IMG/VR virus record: IMGVR_UViG_3300029739_000183 | Origin: a virus | Taxonomy: Duplodnaviria; Heunggongvirae; Uroviricota; Caudoviricetes | DNA length: 10,044 nt | Strand: one strand, 5' to 3' | Part shown: piece after piece, positions 6,624-10,044 of the stretch | Layout: each line of letters begins with the position of its first letter | Numbering within the stretch: position 1 is the first letter of the stretch | Program-made: the position numbers and the translations under genes | Notes under the pieces: generated by a model | What the model was told of the DNA's origin: nothing | Database searches by the model: none | What the model saw: the letters and a program-made list of their open reading frames with translations, nothing else

Positions 6624-8303
6624 ATGGATAAAAACGAAGCAATCATAAGATATGCCCTGCAGCATAGGGAACTGGATGACTTAAAGGTGTGGCTGCTCAA
6701 TGGAGGTAGTATAAAAGATTATTTTGCCAGCCACAAGCAGAATATCAAGTTGAATCTGAATCAAAGTACTTTCTCTGTGACCGCAAAAGATGCAGAAAAA
6801 ATTGTGGAAAAAATGATGCCTGTCGCATTCAGCAAGCAAGATTTAATGCATCTGTATTTTAGACTATCAGAAGAAAAACAGATGGAATGGTACCCGAAAG
6901 TATTCCCATATTATCCGGATGCTATAAAAGTGAAGGAAAAACCAAGTTCAGAAGAGATTTTGGAAGCCGTAAAAAGAAATCATTACCTGACCATTCCACG
7001 ATCGTTTTACGATATTCTATCAGATGTTGATCTGGCAGAGTGCCTTTTTGTAAATGATTATTTAATGCTAAAAATGCCTAAAGAACGATGGAATCCTACG
7101 CTTGCAGTCTTATTTAGTCAGAGATTAGCAGATAATGGGGCTTATTATGATCGGATATGTGTACCAGAAGGATGTCAGAATGAAATGTATTGGAAAAATC
7201 TCTGTAAGGCAGATGGGTTTTATTACCGCATCCTCCCAGAAAAATATCAGTATATCCTTTCAGAAGATCTGGTATTACATACTCTTCAACATTCAAAATC
7301 TTTTATTGGAACATATCATTTGTTTGAAGTAATCCCAGAAAGATTAAAAACAACGAAAGTTTCTCTGTTATGCTGTTTAAAACATTTTGCAGCGATCAGA
7401 TATCTGCCAAAGAAATACCAGTGTGACCGGTTTTATGAGGTGTTATCTGATCATGGACAAAATTCTTTTTTAAATGAAATTGACCTTAAAACGATATCAA
7501 AAGATATGTTTATAAAGTGTATTCAAAGAATGAAGGGGAATTTTGATGGAAAAATCCCATTAAACTACTGGGATGAAGATATGGCTGTCATTGTAGCTGG
7601 ACATATCCACACACTAAAGCTTATTCCAAAAAAATGGCAAACAAAAAATGTTTTTAAATCCTTTCTTTTAAAAAATGGAGCAAAGATCGATCAGATTCCG
7701 TTTAATATGATAGATGAGGATCTATGCCTTGCAGCGATGGAATCGAATTCTTTCGCTGCATTGAAGCACATACCTGATGAGATGAAAACAGATTCTTTTT
7801 GGGAAAAAGTGATTAAAAGAGGTCTTTTTTATAAAGTTTCCGACTTGCCAGAAAAATATCAGGTAGAGGCATGGAAACCGGAAAAATGCCGTTCTCTTTC
7901 AGACATCCCAGAAGAAATAAGAGATGAAGACCATGTGCTTGATTATCTTAAAGCATTGAAACATATCATCCCGATTGATTTTAAAGATTTTCAAACACAA
8001 AAGATATGTGATTACATTATGGAACAAGCAGAAAATCTAAACGCGAAATTATGGATATTAAAAGAGATAAAACCTAAGTTTCGAAGAAAGTTAGATATGC
8101 GTGAAGTCTTAACAAAATGTAAGGGTGCTGTCTTTATCCCAGGGCTTACGCCGGATGAGTTAAAAGAAAATCTGGCTGTTTTTCCAGAGAATATCCTGTT
8201 TGTACCTGATTGGTATGAAGAGATAAAAATACCGGAAAAATATTTTGAACCGGGACAGCAATTAACATTGTCAGATTTATTAAACTATGGAAAGTGTTCA
8301 TAA
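6624..8303 (+). CDS. DUF4116-like helical repeat protein
   Basis: Recurrent ~24-25 aa units ending in [IL]P-x-x-[YLMW]: YRILPEKYQ, FEVIPERLKT, IRYLPKKYQ, LKLIPKKWQT, IDQIPFNMI, LKHIPDEMKT, SDLPEKYQ, SDIPEEIR. RBS AAGGAGG. Confidence 0.65.
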   Translation: MDKNEAIIRYALQHRELDDLKVWLLNGGSIKDYFASHKQNIKLNLNQSTFSVTAKDAEKIVEKMMPVAFSKQDLMHLYFRLSEEKQMEWYPKVFPYYPDAIKVKEKPSSEEILEAVKRNHYLTIPRSFYDILSDVDLAECLFVNDYLMLKMPKERWNPTLAVLFSQRLADNGAYYDRICVPEGCQNEMYWKNLCKADGFYYRILPEKYQYILSEDLVLHTLQHSKSFIGTYHLFEVIPERLKTTKVSLLCCLKHFAAIRYLPKKYQCDRFYEVLSDHGQNSFLNEIDLKTISKDMFIKCIQRMKGNFDGKIPLNYWDEDMAVIVAGHIHTLKLIPKKWQTKNVFKSFLLKNGAKIDQIPFNMIDEDLCLAAMESNSFAALKHIPDEMKTDSFWEKVIKRGLFYKVSDLPEKYQVEAWKPEKCRSLSDIPEEIRDEDHVLDYLKALKHIIPIDFKDFQTQKICDYIMEQAENLNAKLWILKEIKPKFRRKLDMREVLTKCKGAVFIPGLTPDELKENLAVFPENILFVPDWYEEIKIPEKYFEPGQQLTLSDLLNYGKCS

Positions 8304-8326
8304 AGTACTAAAAGGAGAAAATAGCA

Positions 8327-8503
8327 ATGTTTGAAGTAATAGAAATAAGAACAGGTAAAAAATGTTTGGTGTATGGAGTAAGGCCGGGTGACACAGCAAC
8401 ATCAGCATGGTTTTTAATATATCATTATGAAATCCACCATTGGAGTTGGTGTGAAGCCGATGATTATAAACCAGTATCAAATAAAAACAAAAGGAGAAGA
8501 TAA
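8327..8503 (+). CDS. Small hypothetical protein, 58 aa (not in the ORF track)
   Basis: RBS AAAGGAG about 9 nt before the ATG. Translation: MFEVIEIRTGKKCLVYGVRPGDTATSAWFLIYHYEIHHWSWCEADDYKPVSNKNKRRR. It fills the gap between neighbours and its stop is 1 nt before the next ATG. Confidence 0.8.
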   Translation: MFEVIEIRTGKKCLVYGVRPGDTATSAWFLIYHYEIHHWSWCEADDYKPVSNKNKRRR

Positions 8504-8504
8504 G

Positions 8505-9107
8505 ATGAAGGAAAAACAGGGTTATAAGATTGTAGATATCAAATGGGATACAGACGGAGATAAAGCACTGTTTGATTCCTTGCCACAGGAGATCATCCTG
8601 CCAGAGCAATTTTGCACAGAAGATAAGGATGATTACGATTATCTGGATGAAGTATCAGAATGGCTTTCTGATGAATATGGATATTGCCAGAGTGGATTCC
8701 GTATCCAGAAAACAGTATCGCTCAAAGAATGGCTGATGATGCAGTTTAACTATTGTAATGCAATAGCATCGGACATTTCAGAGCATAATAAATCTAAAGA
8801 GATTCAAGAGTACACGAAACAGTTTGCAGAGATTGAAAGTCCTTTAGTGGGTGGAACAGATGAGAAATGGATCCGCATCAACTGGGGTGATATTTATATT
8901 TACTTATATGATGATGGAAGTATCCGCTATCAGCTGGATCCTCTTGGTGGTTATGGCAGCGAACTGATCGATACTTTTGACAGTAAAAGTTTTACGGCAG
9001 AAATCTTAACATTAAAAACAGCACCTGTTATAAGAAACAATGTTGTATGTTACGAAGAAGAAACAGGCTATCCAGATGATATACCAATGTATATCCCGAT
9101 GAAATAA
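8505..9107 (+). CDS. Acidic hypothetical protein, 200 aa
   Basis: Start moved from 8427 to ATG 8505 because of the RBS AAAGGAG at 8490-8496. The N-terminal module is IKWDTDGD...LPQEI...EVSEWLSDEYGYC..GF. Confidence 0.8.
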   Translation: MKEKQGYKIVDIKWDTDGDKALFDSLPQEIILPEQFCTEDKDDYDYLDEVSEWLSDEYGYCQSGFRIQKTVSLKEWLMMQFNYCNAIASDISEHNKSKEIQEYTKQFAEIESPLVGGTDEKWIRINWGDIYIYLYDDGSIRYQLDPLGGYGSELIDTFDSKSFTAEILTLKTAPVIRNNVVCYEEETGYPDDIPMYIPMK

Positions 9108-9123
9108 CAAAAGGAGAAAGATT

Positions 9124-9678
9124 ATGTTGAAAGAGATTAAAAAAGAAAAAGATGTAATCACGAATCAGGACTTATTTAATGAAATTATTAAAAAAGTTAA
9201 AAAATCTGATAAATGGCCGTCCAGTATTATAGACTATGAACTGGAAGAACGTTATGAAACAGGACTTTATAATTATGAGTTTAATCCTGTATTCACTCTG
9301 CAGCCAGGCAGTAATGAAGGATATTATCTAAGCCTTTATATCAGAGGATACTATGGTTTAACGGATAAGTTTGATCTTGTCTCGTTAGGGACAATCAAGA
9401 CTCTGCTTACAGATAAGGAGAGTATTCGACAGATGGCTGCTCTTTATGGGGAGTGTCTAATCGCTTATGAAGAAATCATGAATGATGAACTGGATAAATT
9501 TACAAGAAAAGGGTATGACCTATTTCTGGTAGATGAAGAAGGAAAAATACGTCATTGTCTCTCTGGGCTTTCAAGTAAGGAAAAAGCAATAGAAAGATTT
9601 AAACTGTGTTCTGTAAGATATCGCAAGGGTGTCGTAAGGGACAATCTGACGAGAAAAGAGTTTGTATTATCAAAGTAA
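9124..9678 (+). CDS. Hypothetical protein, 184 aa
   Basis: Long ORF with RBS AAAGGAG, operon spacing and an internal GSNEGYYL motif. No function recognised. Confidence 0.8.
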   Translation: MLKEIKKEKDVITNQDLFNEIIKKVKKSDKWPSSIIDYELEERYETGLYNYEFNPVFTLQPGSNEGYYLSLYIRGYYGLTDKFDLVSLGTIKTLLTDKESIRQMAALYGECLIAYEEIMNDELDKFTRKGYDLFLVDEEGKIRHCLSGLSSKEKAIERFKLCSVRYRKGVVRDNLTRKEFVLSK

Positions 9679-9711
9679 AACAGTATCAAAAAACAAAAGG
9701 AGAAACAATAT

Positions 9712-10044
9712 ATGGGACACCAGATTGAATATTACTCATCCAAGGTTACAACAGAAAAAAATTTGAAGCTCTTTATCAGTAGCATAACAGGTAATGCATA
9801 TGATCCAAGAGAATCCGGAGGATATCATGGAAACCTTACGATACATAAAGATAAAGTATATAAAGATTACCATGAAGCTATCGAAGCCATCAAAAAATAT
9901 AATAGTGGCTGGTATTCAGATCATATCGTAATGTATTATGATATTTCAGCAAAAGGCAGAGCGAAAGTAACAGAATGGGAAAAGAAAAGAGATAATTTTA
10001 TTGAAACTCATTCTATCCATCAGCGTTCTTCTGCTTATATTGGC
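9712..10044 (+). CDS. Hypothetical protein, truncated by the window end
   Basis: RBS AAAGGAG then ATG 9712. Open for 111 codons: MGHQIEYYSSKVTTEKNLKLF...HSIHQRSSAYIG. Confidence 0.8.
   Translation, partial: MGHQIEYYSSKVTTEKNLKLFISSITGNAYDPRESGGYHGNLTIHKDKVYKDYHEAIEAIKKYNSGWYSDHIVMYYDISAKGRAKVTEWEKKRDNFIETHSIHQRSSAYIG

Larger units (their letters stand above)
3807..10044. mobile_element. Left part of an integrative element (ICE or prophage-like) inserted at or near the 3' end of the GGGtGRT gene; continues beyond the window
   Basis: A tyrosine integrase is transcribed toward the junction, with short direct repeats between the host stop and the integrase stop. Host codon bias is lost and the cargo is hypothetical genes. 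The exact att core is not identifiable without the other end. Confidence 0.8.

Noticed and set aside
7114..7332. Short ORFs 7114-7296 (-) and 7135-7332 (+)
   Set aside because: Fully nested in the 559-aa gene with no independent support.
8298..8609. 103-aa minus ORF, and the listed start at 8427 for the 226-aa ORF
   Set aside because: The region is better explained by RBS-supported + strand genes starting at 8327 and 8505.

Overview
Low-GC Firmicute (Lachnospiraceae-like, inferred) chromosome junction. 1-3806 is host backbone on the + strand: a stand-alone left-handed beta-helix (GlmU C-terminal-like) acyltransferase, a lipoprotein, and the conserved NifU/IscU-like + GGGtGRT gene pair, which shows codon usage typical of highly expressed genes. 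Immediately after the GGGtGRT stop, the sequence becomes more AT-rich and an integrative element (ICE/prophage-like) appears to begin. It contains three direct TCCTACACT repeats (arm-site-like), a convergent tyrosine integrase with an N-terminal zinc ribbon, and a ~650-bp non-coding stretch with nested inverted repeats, a G/C palindrome and degenerate copies of the arm motif. Next come a 36-codon helicase Walker-A remnant, a PIN7-like nuclease, and a divergent run of hypothetical genes: a DUF4116-like repeat protein with a clamp-binding-like tail, an unlisted 58-aa ORF, and three others, several sharing an ACAAAAGGAGAA leader. No CRISPR array, rRNA or tRNA was seen. All family calls are by motif recognition, not database search.
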